A stretch of DNA of 64,000 bases, from contig CM059432.1 of NCBI GenBank assembly GCA_030390025.1, forward strand, positions 26,042,001-26,106,000, in the 5' to 3' direction. The DNA comes from Squalus acanthias. Lineage: Eukaryota. The position numbers were made by a program, and so were the translations under genes. A model generated the notes under the pieces. The model saw nothing but the letters and a program-made list of their open reading frames with translations. It was not told the DNA's origin and did no database searches. This document shows positions 1 to 12,039 of the stretch, piece by piece (the first letter of the stretch is position 1; every line of letters begins with the position of its first letter).

Positions 1-566
1 GGATGTCTTCCATGGATAGACTGACCTCTTTTGTGGAACTTGAATCACAGCACACTGATCAGTCTCTGCATGCCCTGATGACAGCCATGCAAACTATGGA
101 TGACAACATTGCTGCCACTGTAAACAGGATGACAGATACATAAGCTGTGGACTTACAAGGTGTCATTGATCTGCTCGAAGCTGCTCTCCCACAGAGAGGT
201 AGGAGTGATGTGCCATTGGCCCAGGAGCGGGATGATGGCGAAATGGGACATGGAAGTGGAACACCACTCAAAAGGTTTCTGCGTCATACCCGTAGCCTCC
301 CAGCCCCCTCAACCAGTAACCAACACGCTGGCTCCTCTCCTGATGGCCGAGTCTGCCCCTGCACAGGTAAAGCAGTCTTTGGCAGGACCTTCACGGGTTC
401 AAAAACTCAAAAGGTCGTCGGCCGCATACATCTCAGAAATCAAAGCGGCCTGCCTCTACCTCTGCTGGAGCCACAGGGGTTGCACCACATAGGAGCGCTA
501 GGGAAAGAAAAAGAAAAGTTATGTAGTTCACCAAGGGTAGGGGTGTTTATGAAAATGTTGTGTTAG
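1..566 (+). mobile_element. Probable 3' end of the Harbinger second (Myb/SANT) gene, convergent with the transposase at 759-1695
   Basis: Low-complexity S/P/A-rich ORF ending tail-to-tail with the transposase. The layout and composition resemble the C-terminal exons at 38000-39023 and 63500-64000. Confidence 0.5.
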
Positions 567-758
567 TAAAATTTACACCACTATTTCGTGTTCACCATTC
601 TTGCATGGCGAGTGCCAACTGGTGCTGCTTGGTGATGAATGTGAAGACATGAATTGACTGAGACCAGTTGGTGCATGTGCAGTGGATGGGTGATTGGTTA
701 CAGGACTGCTTTGTGTCAGTGGAGGGGATGTGATAGTTACTTGGTCCCGTGTAAGTGG

Positions 759-1695
759 CTAACTGAAGCTTTGGTCTATTAGGGCATCCCAAGCAGCAAA
801 GTGATCAGCTGCACTGGCGTTGGGAGCCCCATCATCACCTTCCTCCTCCTCGCCACTGGAATCCTCATCAGATGTCGTGCTGAGCAGCTTGTTCCTCCTG
901 CATATCAACATCCTGCAGAACGTAGAACACCTCGCTGGGGAGTACTGAAGGGCGTCTCCAGACCAGTCCAGGCACCTGAAGGACATCTTGAGCATGCCAA
1001 CGGCTTGCTCGGTGATACATTTGGTTGTCATATAGCTCACGTTGTAGCACTCTTGGTGTTTATTAGTAGGGCTCCTCAGAGGTTTGAAGGGGGTATCCTT
1101 GGTCACCTAGCAGCCACCCCTTAAGGCTGGTTCCAGGTATGAACATGTTGGGAATGTTGGACTGCCCCAGTATGAAAGCATCATGGAAGTTCCCAGGAAA
1201 TCTGGCGCAGACCTGCATGAACCTTTTCTTGTGGATGCACACCAGCTGAACATTGATGGAATGAGATCCTTTACGGTTGACGAATGCTCCTGGTTGATTG
1301 GCAGTGCTCGGATTGCCACGTGTGTGTAATTGATGGCACCCTGCACTTGTTGGAAGCCAGCTAGAGATGTGCATCGGAGTGCCTGCTCATTCTGGCTATT
1401 ATCATCACAGTGAAAGTTTACATACCTCCCAGCCCTGACAAACAATCCATCAGTCACCTGTTTAATGCATTTATGTGCAGCTGACGGAGAACCCTCGCTC
1501 TGTCTCTGGTAGCAACCTTGAAGGAACCAGTGGCAAAAAAAATTGAGGGTGGTGGTGACTTTCACAGCCACTGGTAATGCGTGGCCACCAGGTAGCAGGT
1601 CTTCTTCTAGGATGCTGTGACCACCTGACATGACAGCTTTCAGAAGCAATGCTCTTCCGAGAGGTCAAGGAAGCCGAGCCTCTGTCTATAGACAC
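759..1695 (-). mobile_element. Degenerate PIF/Harbinger DDE transposase (HARBI1-like)
   Basis: Frameshifted fragments: VYRQRLGFLDLSEEHC, HALPVAVKVTTTLNFF, QGAINYTHVAIRA, FVNRKGSHSINVQLVC, ARFPGNFHDAFIL, GWLLGDQGYPL, EQAVGMLKMSFRCLD. These are the typical Harbinger transposase motifs. Confidence 0.9.
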
Positions 1696-2500
1696 TGTTA
1701 GGTGGGTAGTGGATTGGAAGAAATAATAGTCTGTTACGGGTTCCCTAGCTCAGCAGTTTGCCTAAGTTGATGACACAGAAGGATTCCAGTCATGTCAGAA
1801 AAAGAGTTGTACAGAGAGCTGAATTACAAGGTCATAACACAAAAAAAGGCCTTCAAATGGGCATAGCTAGGCCTGATAAGGGATGCAGCAAGAAGACGTA
1901 GGATAAACAAGCTGTCTACGAGAGGGCAACAAGACATTTAGAACAGAGATAAGGAGGAAAATGACCTCATGAGGCTGGGAGGGGGCTGTCATAGGTACCC
2001 TCTCCTTTGTAATTGGACAATGGGATGGGTAAAAATGATTGACACCAGGTATCCACCAGCCCATCGAAATAAGGTGTAAAAACGGGCGACCGAGAGAGGA
2101 AAACAAGCAGTTAGGGGAGAAGGCTTCTCCGAGGTGGATGCATGCTGGCTACGGCCTAATACCTTGGTCAAGTTTAGCCTCTGAGGTGGATCGATGCTGG
2201 CTATGGCCTAACACCTCCAACAGCTCGAGGGATGACCAACGGAAGTGACCGCTGCCGCAGACTGCAGGAATCCACCCAATCCGGGACCACTGTACAGCCT
2301 CACCGTCCGTCCATCCGGTCGTTTTGTTCCGTTCCAGAGCCGTAGATCACTCCATCTGTCACGGGGTGTATGTCTACTGTATCTATTTCAATCACATGTA
2401 GTATCTGATTATGCTTAAACTGTAGCTCTTTAATAAAATGCCTTACAAACTCCTAAGACCCTTTGGGTAATCTGTGTGCGACCTGTGATCCAAATTCTTA
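1696..2500 (+). mobile_element. LTR-like segment abutting the transposase remnant
   Basis: Starts TGTTA exactly where transposase homology stops, is non-coding, and has a TATA-like TGTAAAAA (~2075) and AATAAA (~2432). No clean CA end or TSD was found. Confidence 0.3.
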
Positions 2501-3105
2501 AGAGTGCTGGGTGAGCGTGTGATAGGAGTGCTGTCAGATGCAGTTGAGAGAATTGCAGAGATGAAGAGCTGTACTCTCCCTTGTCTAGTGAGGTAATCAA
2601 ACTTTTCTTTTTACATTGACCCCAGGTCCTGGGGGCAATGCTGCTGACACTGTCCCGGTCAGCCACCTCTGTCCAGACCTGCTTAATAGTGGCCTTGGGA
2701 TGCTCCTGCAGATTCTGGCGAACAGTACCTCCCCTCCTTGCCATGTCTTCCTCCACCAGGAACTCCAAGATTGAAACACAAAAACAGGGGGCAGCCCTGC
2801 GATTCATTTGAGCTGGCATAATATTCAGTACAATTGTTCACGCAAAAATGAAAGCAAGGAATGCAACTTTGTTTTAAGAGGAGCATCCCCGCTTTAAATA
2901 AGCATTGGGAGGCTTGCCGGAAATTGCGTGACATATTGGTGGGCTGCACGATTCCTGAAACGAGCGGGAGGGCAGCCTGTTAATCATATGGAAAGGAGGC
3001 CTGGGTGTTAAATTCAATTTATCGTTTAAATTTCTGCCCTCCACCCAATCACAGACCTTTCCCTTTTCTTCTTTCCCTCGGCTCTGCACTGCTTAAAATT
3101 TCCAA
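2500..3105 (-). mobile_element. Harbinger fragment: first exon of a Myb/SANT-like DNA-binding gene
   Basis: ATG at 2807: MNRRAAPCF...LEFLVEE...KQVWTEVADR...PRTWGQCKKK, a Myb/SANT-like (trihelix) pattern also seen at 39679-39918 and 59459-59686. Confidence 0.75.
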
Positions 3106-3107
3106 CA

Positions 3108-3250
3108 TCTTCCAGTTCTAATGAAAGATTATCGTTCTGAAACATTAATTCTTGTTTCTCTCTCCACAGGTGCTGCCTGACCTACTGAGTGTTTCCAGCC
3201 TTTTCTGTTTGTATTTCAGATTTGCAGCATCTGCAGCATTTTACTTTTGT
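3108..3250 (+). mobile_element. Penelope-like element terminal fragment with decayed hammerhead motif
   Basis: ccagttCTAATGA...GAAAcatt...ctctccacaggtgctgcctgacctactgag...ttcagatttgcagcatctgcagc. Same family as 53383-53490; the hammerhead core has CTGA changed to CTAA. Confidence 0.65.
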
Positions 3251-3559
3251 TATCTATCTAGTTCATTTTGAAATTATGTTAAGGGCCTAGAAATTCAGGA
3301 GCGCCATTTCTGCCTTTGCCATCTGCTGCTCTACTTTTAAAAATCTATTCAAAACCCTTCCCTTTAACCACACCTCACCCTCACTCCCACCTAACAGCAA
3401 GATCCGAGAACCCTCAACCATCAGTTTCCAAGGCAGTGCATGGCACAGGAAAAGATAGCAGGCTGCCATTTCCTGGAAGTTGTTAGGACTAACCATCCTA
3501 GGGCTGGACTATTTCGATAATTCACAAAACATACTTAGCAGAAGAGTGAGGGCAAGTCA

Positions 3560-3762
3560 TTGTTAAAGTGGTTAGAATGTGAAACTTTCTACCATGTGGA
3601 GTAGTTGAGGCAAATAGCATAGGTGCATTTAAGGGGAAGCTAGATAAGTACGTGAGGGAGATAGGATTAGATGAAGTAGGGCGGAAGGAGGATTGTGTGG
3701 TGCATAAACATCGGCATAGACCAGTTGGGCCAAATGGCCTGTTTCTGTGCTGTAATTTCTAT
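3560..3762 (+). mobile_element. CR1 LINE 3' end
   Basis: gtggttagaatgtgaaac...tttaaggggaagctagataag...gggccaaatggcctgtttctgtgctgtaatttctatg, the CR1 3' stem-loop and tail. Confidence 0.8.
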
Positions 3763-3897
3763 GGAATATCCTTTAAATGAAACAGCTAATGGGAATTTCT
3801 CATCTAGCAGCAACTAAAATACATACAACAATCTGCTGTAAAACTATTGGGAATCTCAAGATAACGAAGTTGCATTATACATTAAGGCACTACTCAC

Positions 3898-3956
3898 CAT
3901 ACGATTCATATGACTCCTGACTGGTTCCATGGCCGTAATCGTAATAATCAGATGCG
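3898..3956 (-). CDS. KHDRBS3: Coding exon (59 nt, penultimate-type) of a KHDRBS/STAR-family RNA-binding protein gene
   Basis: Minus strand reads ttctcttttacAG|C GCA TCT GAT TAT TAC GAT TAC GGC CAT GGA ACC AGT CAG GAG TCA TAT GAA TCG TAT G|GTgagt = (S)[19 protein letters not shown]. This matches the YYDYGHG motif of the KHDRBS Tyr-rich C-terminus (human KHDRBS3 recalled as [21 protein letters not shown]). Splice sites are canonical and the phase fits the exon at 50761-50843. Family assignment is secure; paralogue (3 vs 2) is less so. Confidence 0.9.
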
Positions 3957-5579
3957 CTGTAAAAGAGAAAGTTAAGAATCAGACAAGTTTGACTAAATTA
4001 CCTACTACATTTATATGCGAACTCAAGAAACAAGAACAATACGGTAACTAGAAACTTTCAAAGCAGCAATGTTTCAAACTAATCCTCAAATGATACAGCA
4101 GTGGTAAATATATTTTGTACTTGACCAAATCATTACCCCTTTTTTCAACAGTTTAGTGTTGTTTTTGTAAAAAATGCAGTTAAACACTGTTGTGAATCAA
4201 GATCCAAAAGTAGAGCCTTCCCTAAAGAGCTTCTAATAATTCAAAAGATGTATTTGCATCACCACAAGGTGAGGTCATAGTGATTTTGCTCAGGCATCAG
4301 TTACAATGTGTACTTCATATTCCCCTGAACAGCAGAAGTCAAATTGTTAAACCGAAGAAAGCTTGCAATATCAGTGTGCTTACATTTGTAATAAAAATCT
4401 ATTTCAGTTGCATGCAAAAATCAGTTTTTTTTGGGACAAGCAAAAGCAGGTAAAATGGAGATGATTAACTTGTTTCAAAGGGAGCTGGATTGGTGGTTAT
4501 AGGAATAAGTATATATGAGCTGATCTATACTCCATGGAACATTAAGATTCTGGGAAACGTCACCTGGACAAAGCAGATAGTGTTAAATAGTGGAGATGCA
4601 ATGAGAGTAATAGAACAAATGGTGCATGTTCTGTGCTAGAAGTTGGATTTCTAGGCAAATAGCCTTTTCTCATTCCATGTTTTCCTACATATTTTTAAAA
4701 TAAAATCAATCAGAACAGTGAATCGGGTGCACTGATCACCATGCCCGATTCTATGACTGGCGCTCCCAGGAGTGCAGCCTCACAAAATGTAATCTTTGTT
4801 TTTAATTTGAGTACCAACATCTGGTGGAAAAAAATGCTACTTGAATGAATGGGGCTGGGGGAAAAGAAGTATTCATTCCACTCAAAGTGTTATATTATAA
4901 TAACATAATTGAGATCTGAATGTGCACAATTATTATGAAGGTTTAATTTATCAGAATATTTGAACAAACCATTTTAATCAATATGAGTAATTACTAACAT
5001 CTGTTGTGGTGACCTTGATTAATTTGTAACTACATTTAACAGACTTCTTTCTAAACTGTCAGAAAAGTGGTTGGCAAAGTTCCTATATTCAATAAACAGA
5101 GCCAGCAGGCTAAACCATGCTGCACATTTAAACAGTTCTGCAAAAGGACTCCTGACAGACATGTGACTCTCGGCCTTCAACAATTTGTGCTCATTTTGCC
5201 CTCAAACAGTCTGGCATCCTGTAAAGCTGTAATGTATTTTCCACTCTGAAATTACATTGTTCTGTTTCTTTATTTGAGACGTGAAGCAAATGGAATACAC
5301 AAAAGAACTAGTGCCAAATTATGATTTTTTTTTACATGGTGAAGACAGGAGGAGGAAGGGGAGAAGAGCTCAAAGCTTCCTCAAAGGACAGTAATAAAGT
5401 GTGAAGAGAAAAAACATGAAAATGATCAATTTACCAAAGCCACATGCTAACTGCAGATCAGCATCATTATGGAGATGGAGGCAGGTATTTGTCTGGCCTC
5501 TCAGCTGAGGAATGGATCAAGAACAGGAGAAAGTTTGGAATGAGAAAAGGCTGTTGATCCACTCAAACACACTCCTGCC

Positions 5580-5856
5580 TAAGGGAACTGCTGCCGGGCA
5601 GCCGATTGCACGGGACTCACCCGACGTTATGTTAGTTTTACGCCGCGTCACCAATGATGTAATCGGGCTGTGACTTTTAAATGTTAACCAGGCCCCCGCC
5701 TGCCTTTTGCAGGAGCCTCGTCAATGGTCTAATTTGGAGTAATAATTTAAATGGCTGGGAAGGCGGTGGGTTGAAGACGGGAGGTAGAACTTTTAAATTT
5801 TATCCCTTCCCACATATCATTCCAGCTGGGTTGGGGGTGGTTGAAATCGGGGCCTT
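5580..5856. mobile_element. Harbinger-type MITE fragment
   Basis: GC-rich non-coding segment ending in gaaatcggggcc, resembling the GGSC..(A/T)-rich termini of other TIR elements in the window. Confidence 0.35.
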
Positions 5857-5911
5857 GAACTCTCTCCTCGCCAGCCAAGCTCTCTGATCTCCTAAACTCC
5901 AAGTGAATCAA

Positions 5912-8900
5912 GGGAACAGTAGCATAGTGGTTATGTTACTGGACAAGCAATCCAGAGGCCTGGACTAATGATCTGAAGACACGAGTTCAAATCCCCCCAC
6001 GGATGGGGAATTTAAATTCAGTCAATTAAATAAATCTCAAATAAAAAAATCTAGTAATACTAATGGTGACCATGGAACTATCAGAAAAAACGATCTGGTT
6101 CACTAATGGGAATCTGCCATCGTACCTGGTCTGGCCTATATGTGACTCCAGACCCACAGTAATGTAGTTGACTCTTAGCTGCCCTCTGAAATGGCCCAGC
6201 AAGCCACTCAGTTGTAAAAAACCGCTACGAAAAACAGTAAGAATAAAACCGGACGGACTATCCGGCATCAACCTTGGCACCGGCTATGGACATAACAATG
6301 GCACACCCAGCCCAGTTGACCCTGCAAAGTCCTCCTCACCAACATCTGGGGACTTGTGCCAAATTTGGGAGAGCTGTCTAGTCACAGACTAGTCAAGCAC
6401 CAGCCTGACATAGTCATACTCACAGAATCATACCTTTCAGCCAATGTCCTAAACTCCTCCATCACCGTCCCTGGGTATGTCCTGTCCCACATACCTCGGG
6501 TGGCGGCACAGTGGTATACAGTCGGGAAGGAGTGGCCCTGGGAGTCCTCAACATTGACTCCGGACCCCATGAAGTCTCATGGCTTCAGGTCAAGCATGGG
6601 CAAGGAAACCTCCTGCTTAATACCACCTACCGCCCTCCCTCAGCTGATGAATGAATACTCCTCCATGTTGAACACCACTTGGAAGAAGCACTGAGAGTAG
6701 CAAGGGCACAGAATGTAGTCTGGGTGGGGGACTTCAATGTTGATCACCAAGAGTGGCTCGGTAGCACCACTACTGACCGAGCTGGCCAAGTCCTGAAGGA
6801 CATAGCTGCCAGTCTGGGCCTGCGACAGGTGGTGAGAGAAACAACACGAGGGGAAAAACCTACTTGATCTCGTCCTCACCAATCTACCTGTCACAGGTGC
6901 ATCTGTCCATGACAGCATTGGTAGCAGTGACCACCGCATAGTAATTGTGGAGACGAAGTCCCGTCTTCACACTGAGGACACCCTCCATTGTGTTGTGTGG
7001 CACTACCACCGTGTTAAATGGGATAGATTCAGAACAGATCTAGCAGCTCAAAACTGGGCATCCATGAGGCGCTGTGGGCCATCAGCAGCAGCAGAATTGT
7101 ATTCCACAAGAATCTGTAACCTCATGACCCAGCATATCCCTCACTCTACCATTACCATCAAGCCAGGGGACCAACCCTGGTTCAATAGGAGTGTACAGGA
7201 GCAGCGCCAGTGTACCTAAAAATGCGGTGCCAACCTGGGGAAGCTGCAACACAGGACTACATGCATGCTAAAAAGTGGAAACAGCATGCTATAGACAGAG
7301 CTAAGCGATCCCACAATCAACGGATCAGATCAAAGCTCTGCAGTCCTGCCACATCCAGTTGTGAATGGTGGTGGACCATTAAACAACTAATGGGAGGAGG
7401 AGGCTCCATGAATATCCCCATCCTCAATGATGGTGGAGCCCAGCACGAGTGCAAAAGACAAAGCTGAAGCATTTGAAACCATCTTCAGCCAGAAGTGCCG
7501 AGTGGATGATCCATGTCGGCCTCCTCCTGAGGTCCCCACCACCACCGAAGCCAGTCTTCAGCCAATTCGATTCACTCCACTCCGATATCAAGAAATAGCT
7601 GAGCGCACTGGATACAGCAAAGGCTGTGGGCCCTGACAACATCCCAGCTGTCGTGCTGAAGACTTGTGCTCCATAACTAGCCAAGCTGTTCCAGTACACC
7701 GACAATATGGAAAACTGTCCAGGTATTTCCTGACCACAAATAGTAGGACAAATCCAATCCGGCCAATTACCGCCCCATCAGTCTACTCTCAATCATCGGC
7801 AAAGTGATGGAAGGTGTTGTTGAGAGTGCTATCAAGCAGCACTTACTCCCCAATAACCTGCTCACTGATGCCCAGTTTGGGTTCCTCCAGGACCACTCAG
7901 CTCCAGACCTCATTACAGCCTTGGTCCAAACATGGACAAAAGAGCTGAATTCCAGAGGTGAGGTGAGATGAGAATGACTGCCCTTGACATCAAGGCAGCA
8001 TTTGACCGAGTGTGGCATCAAGGAGCTCGAGTAAAACTGAAGCCAATGGGAATCGGGGGGAAAACGCTCCACTGGCTGGAGTCATACCTAGCACAAAGGA
8101 AGATGGTTGTGGTGGTTGGAGGTCAATCATCAAAGCCCCAGGACATCGCTGCAGGAATTCCTAAGGGCACTGTCCTAGGTCCAACTGCTTTCAGCTGCTT
8201 CATCAATGACCTTCCCTCCATCATAAGGTCAGAAGTGGAGATGCACGCTGATGACTGCATGTGTTCAGTGCCATTCGCAACTCCACAGATAATATAGCAG
8301 TCCATGCCCGCATGCAGCAAGACCTGGATGACATTCAGGCTTGGGTTGATAAGTGGCAGGTAACATTCGCGCCACACAAGTGTCAGGCAATGACCATCTC
8401 CAACAAGCGAGCGTCTAACCACCGCCCCTTGACATTCAACGGCATTACCAACCCCGAATCCCCCACCATCAATATCCTGGGGGGTCACTATTGACCAAAA
8501 ACATAACTGGACCAGCCACAAAAATACTGTGGCAACAAGAGCAGGTCAGAGGCTGGGTATTCTGCGGCGAGTGTCTCACCTTCTGACTCCCCAAAGCCTT
8601 TCCACCATCTACAAGGTACAAGTCAGGAGTGTGATGGAATACTCTCCACTTGCCTGGATGAGTGCAGCTCCAACAACATTCAAGGAGCTCGACACCATCC
8701 AAGACAAAGCAGCCTGCTTGATTGGCGCCCCATCCACCCCCTTAAACATTCACTCCCTCCACCACTGGCGTACCGTGGCTGCAGTGTGTACCATCTACAA
8801 AATGCACTGCAGCAACTCGCCAAAGCTTCTTCGGCACCACCTCCCAAACCCACAACCTCTACCACCTAGAAGGACAAGGGCAGCAGGCGCATGGGAACAC

Positions 8901-9145
8901 CACCATCTCCAAGTTCCCCTCCAAGTCACACACCATCCTGACTTGGAAGTATATCGCCGTTCCTTCATCGTCGCTTGGTCAAAATCCTGGAACTCCCACC
9001 CTAACAGCACTGTGGGAGTACCTTCACTACACAGACTGCAGCAGTTCAAGGCGGCGGCTCACCATCACCTTCTCAAGGGCAACTAGGGATGGGCAATAAA
9101 TGCTGGCCTTGCCAGCGATGCCCACATCCCATGAACAAATAAAAA
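5912..9145 (+). mobile_element. Near full-length, single-ORF CR1-Zenon-like LINE (APE endonuclease + RT) with tRNA-derived 5' head
   Basis: EN motifs KVLLTNIWGL, PDIVILTES, VGDFN, LDLVLTN, SDH. RT motifs NYRPISLLS, DIKAAFDRVWH, G.PKGTVLGP, HADD, YKVQVRSVMEY, HSLHHWRTVAA. Several frameshifts and stops. The 3' end is gatgggcaataaatgctggccttgccagcgatgcccacatccc plus an A-rich tail. Possible AATCAA TSD at 5906-5911 and 9144-9149. The clade label comes from recalled motifs. Confidence 0.9.
5920..5994 (+). promoter_or_regulatory. tRNA-type internal RNA Pol III promoter (A box + B box) at the LINE 5' end
   Basis: A box TAGCATAGTGG (5920-5930) fits TRGCNNARYGG. B box GTTCAAATCC (5985-5994) fits GWTCRANNC. 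The spacer is lengthened by an imperfect duplication (ctggacaagcaatccagag / ctggactaatgatctgaag). Confidence 0.75.
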
Positions 9146-9323
9146 TCAAAGTGCATCTATTAATATTTCTATAACCCTCAAACCTCTTTATTGACACTGA
9201 TCTTAAAGTACTTCAAGTTTCACGACCCAACTTAACTATTTTTTCTTGTTGTTGGTTCCATATGACTATCTGTAAACTTTCTTGAGGCTTTTGAATTTTG
9301 TAATTATATCCTAAGATATACAA

Positions 9324-9957
9324 GACTAGAAATTCAGCCGTAACATGGCGGGCAGAACGCACCCGCTGAGAATGAGCTGGAAGTGAGTTGTCCGCCATAT
9401 TGGTAAAGGGCAAAATAAAAACCCAGCATGCAGTGTCCTGAAACAGGTGTTTTAACCTTTGCATATGCCGGCTACATTCAGGAAATCCAGGTCTACATGC
9501 GCCTAACAGGCAGTCCTAAGAGACCGCTGTGGGCCGCGACCAAGGTAAGATTCTAAAATATATTTATGGAATGTGGAGTCGGGTGGAGTTCAAAGAATGT
9601 TGACCGCTCCCCTCCGATCAGTGCTGCTACCTCCCCACCCCCGCCGATCGTCACTGCTACCTCCCCACCTCACCCAGATTGTCACTGCTACCTCCCCCCA
9701 CCCCCCCCCACAATCGCCCAACCACCCTTACCCCTCCCCTTTCTTGATCCCATCCCTTCTCACTTACTTGAGGGCCAGCAGTAGACCGACCTTCAATCGC
9801 GCTTCGTCTGCAAGCTGCACGTTGCTCTCAGCAGCTGGATGTAAATGTGGCCCGCGGTGCAATAGCGGGGGCTCCTTGGGCCCACCTGTCAGGTGAAAAG
9901 GACTGCTCCCTGCACCCCACGCTTGCTCAGAAAGCGGCACACCTAATTTCTGGGCCA
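9324..9957. mobile_element. Non-autonomous TIR element (Harbinger-type MITE)
   Basis: Termini gactagaaatt and aatttctgggcc are imperfect inverted repeats, with a C-rich low-complexity interior. Confidence 0.5.
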
Positions 9958-12039
9958 TTGTCTCTGTCCAAGCTAAATAACCTGCTTAATCCGACTTTAA
10001 TTATACCTTTCATTATTCTAAAGACCTGGACCAAGATTCCTGTTGTCCTTTTCTGCAGCAAAATTAAGTTGCCTCAGTCTTTCTTTATAACCCAATCCCT
10101 TAAGACTTGGAATCATTCTTGTTACCTTTCATTAAACTCTTTCCAATATATCTATCTTTTTTCATGTCAAAAACTGGACATCATTCTCCAGAAATGGCCT
10201 TCCCTGTGACCTATAAAATGTCATTATAACTTCTTCGGGCTTGTAACGCAATGCTATCCAGATGCATCCCAGAATCCAATTTGCTTTACTGGCAATTGCT
10301 TCACATTGGCTAGATACTTTAAGGTATGATTAATTATAACATCTAAACCTAATTTTTTCAGCGACGCAGGAGTCTGGTGCTTTTTGTTTCAGATTGCCAG
10401 CATCTGCAGCGTTTTGCTTTTTTCCCTTTATTTTTTCTTGGTGTCACTACTAGTCAAATTCAACAGCTCAGAGTTGGGAGTGATAATCCATGTAAGAAAC
10501 CATAACAGGTCCAAATTTTTCCTTATTGGACAAAACATGCATATCCTTGCTGCCGTGATCGGTGACCTACCCTTAGCAAGCCCCGATCTCGAGCCTCCTA
10601 TTGGGGTCCGACAACCCCTCCCCACCCCCCAATCTCTCCCTCTCTTCCTCCCGATTGCTGGGCTCTGATCCACGCCTCCCCCCACCCCCACAAAGCCCCG
10701 ATCTCTCTTAATTGCCAGGGACCGCCCCAACTGTGGCCTCCTGCCCGGCAGACGGCCAAGCCTGTCAATCTGGCTGGCTACTGGTCAGGAAACAGAAGAA
10801 GAAAATGATAATGAAGTCCTGCCGTTAATATCAGCAGGACCTCCATGTCTTTCAGAGATTCCCCTCCACTACCATGCTCTTTCCCTGCCTCCCCGTAAAT
10901 ATCGGTGACTATATTTCAGTGCTGAAATGAATTGCTGTACATTTCTATATTTTGATTTTAAGTGCATGAGGATTACTTCTTCAGTTGTGGATCTATTTTG
11001 TGCCAGCAACAGTTATCAACAAAGGTGCCGATTCCTGATGCACTCCACATATTTGAATGTGAAGACGTATATAAAATGGATTAGCTATGACATCAATAAA
11101 AGTTCTTGGGTTAGTAGCCTGCAATTCCTTACCCCTTGAAATTCTACGCCAGTATAGATGTACAATTAAGGTGTTCAGGTTTTGATGAAATTCCCAATTG
11201 CATTATGGACTGGTAACACTCCTAAGCATCTCGCACAGAAGAAAATCAAGAACTTGCAGTGTTAAATAATGGATATCCTGTATTATATATTGTGAAGTTG
11301 GGGATATTCAGGATGACCTAAAATAGACTGGAGGCAGAGTCTTTCAATCAACCTGCTATCTGAATTCCCTGATACACTATAAGCAGACTTCATCAGTAAA
11401 ATTTGGTCACTCTTTCTGCAGCTGTTTGAGATGTTAACATGTTTTGCTTGCCCTTGGCAGCTGTCAAAACCACTGGCAAGCTCAAACAGCAACGTAGAAT
11501 TCTTCACTGTCACTGACATGAGGTGACTGGTTGACAGCCTGTCATGCATTCAAGCATCTGGTGAGGTTATCAATTGAGCCCAGACTGTCCTCAGTAGAGC
11601 TTAACTCCATGGTATGCAGCCAATCAGAATGTTGGACTTTCAAAATACAGATTGAATTGTAACATTTTAAATTGATGGTGCTAATTCTGAAAGAAAAAGA
11701 TTTGGAGCCTAATCATTTTGTTTACACTAGCTACTATAGGCACCAGAATATTGTGATTCAAGAATATTTTAGCACACATCATATAATTTGCACACAAACA
11801 ATACAATAACTTAGTGAAAGGAAAATACAAAAAGGCTGCTCATTCACATTTTGTCACCTGAATCATTCAACTAACATGTTTGCTTTCAGGGTAGCTTGCC
11901 TTTCTCTTGTCCCTAATAGGCATCAAAACTGATTCTCGTACCAACAAGAGTCATCATCGTGTGCGACTAAGTACTACCACCAACACTTCATTCCAATTAT
12001 TTGCAATATTAGACACTAATATAAATATTATCTCATTTA

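Noticed and set aside
4720..4752. Hairpin gaatcggg...cccgattc
   Set aside because: Short isolated palindrome, most likely a MITE remnant; no ncRNA features.
3960..5000. UAAA/UUAA clusters as KHDRBS autoregulatory binding sites near the 59-nt exon
   Set aside because: The region is AT-rich and I cannot show enrichment over background by eye.
5912..6000. Possible real tRNA gene (also the heads at ~22470-22544 and ~23600-23672)
   Set aside because: No complete cloverleaf or T-run terminator; each continues directly into retroelement body sequence.
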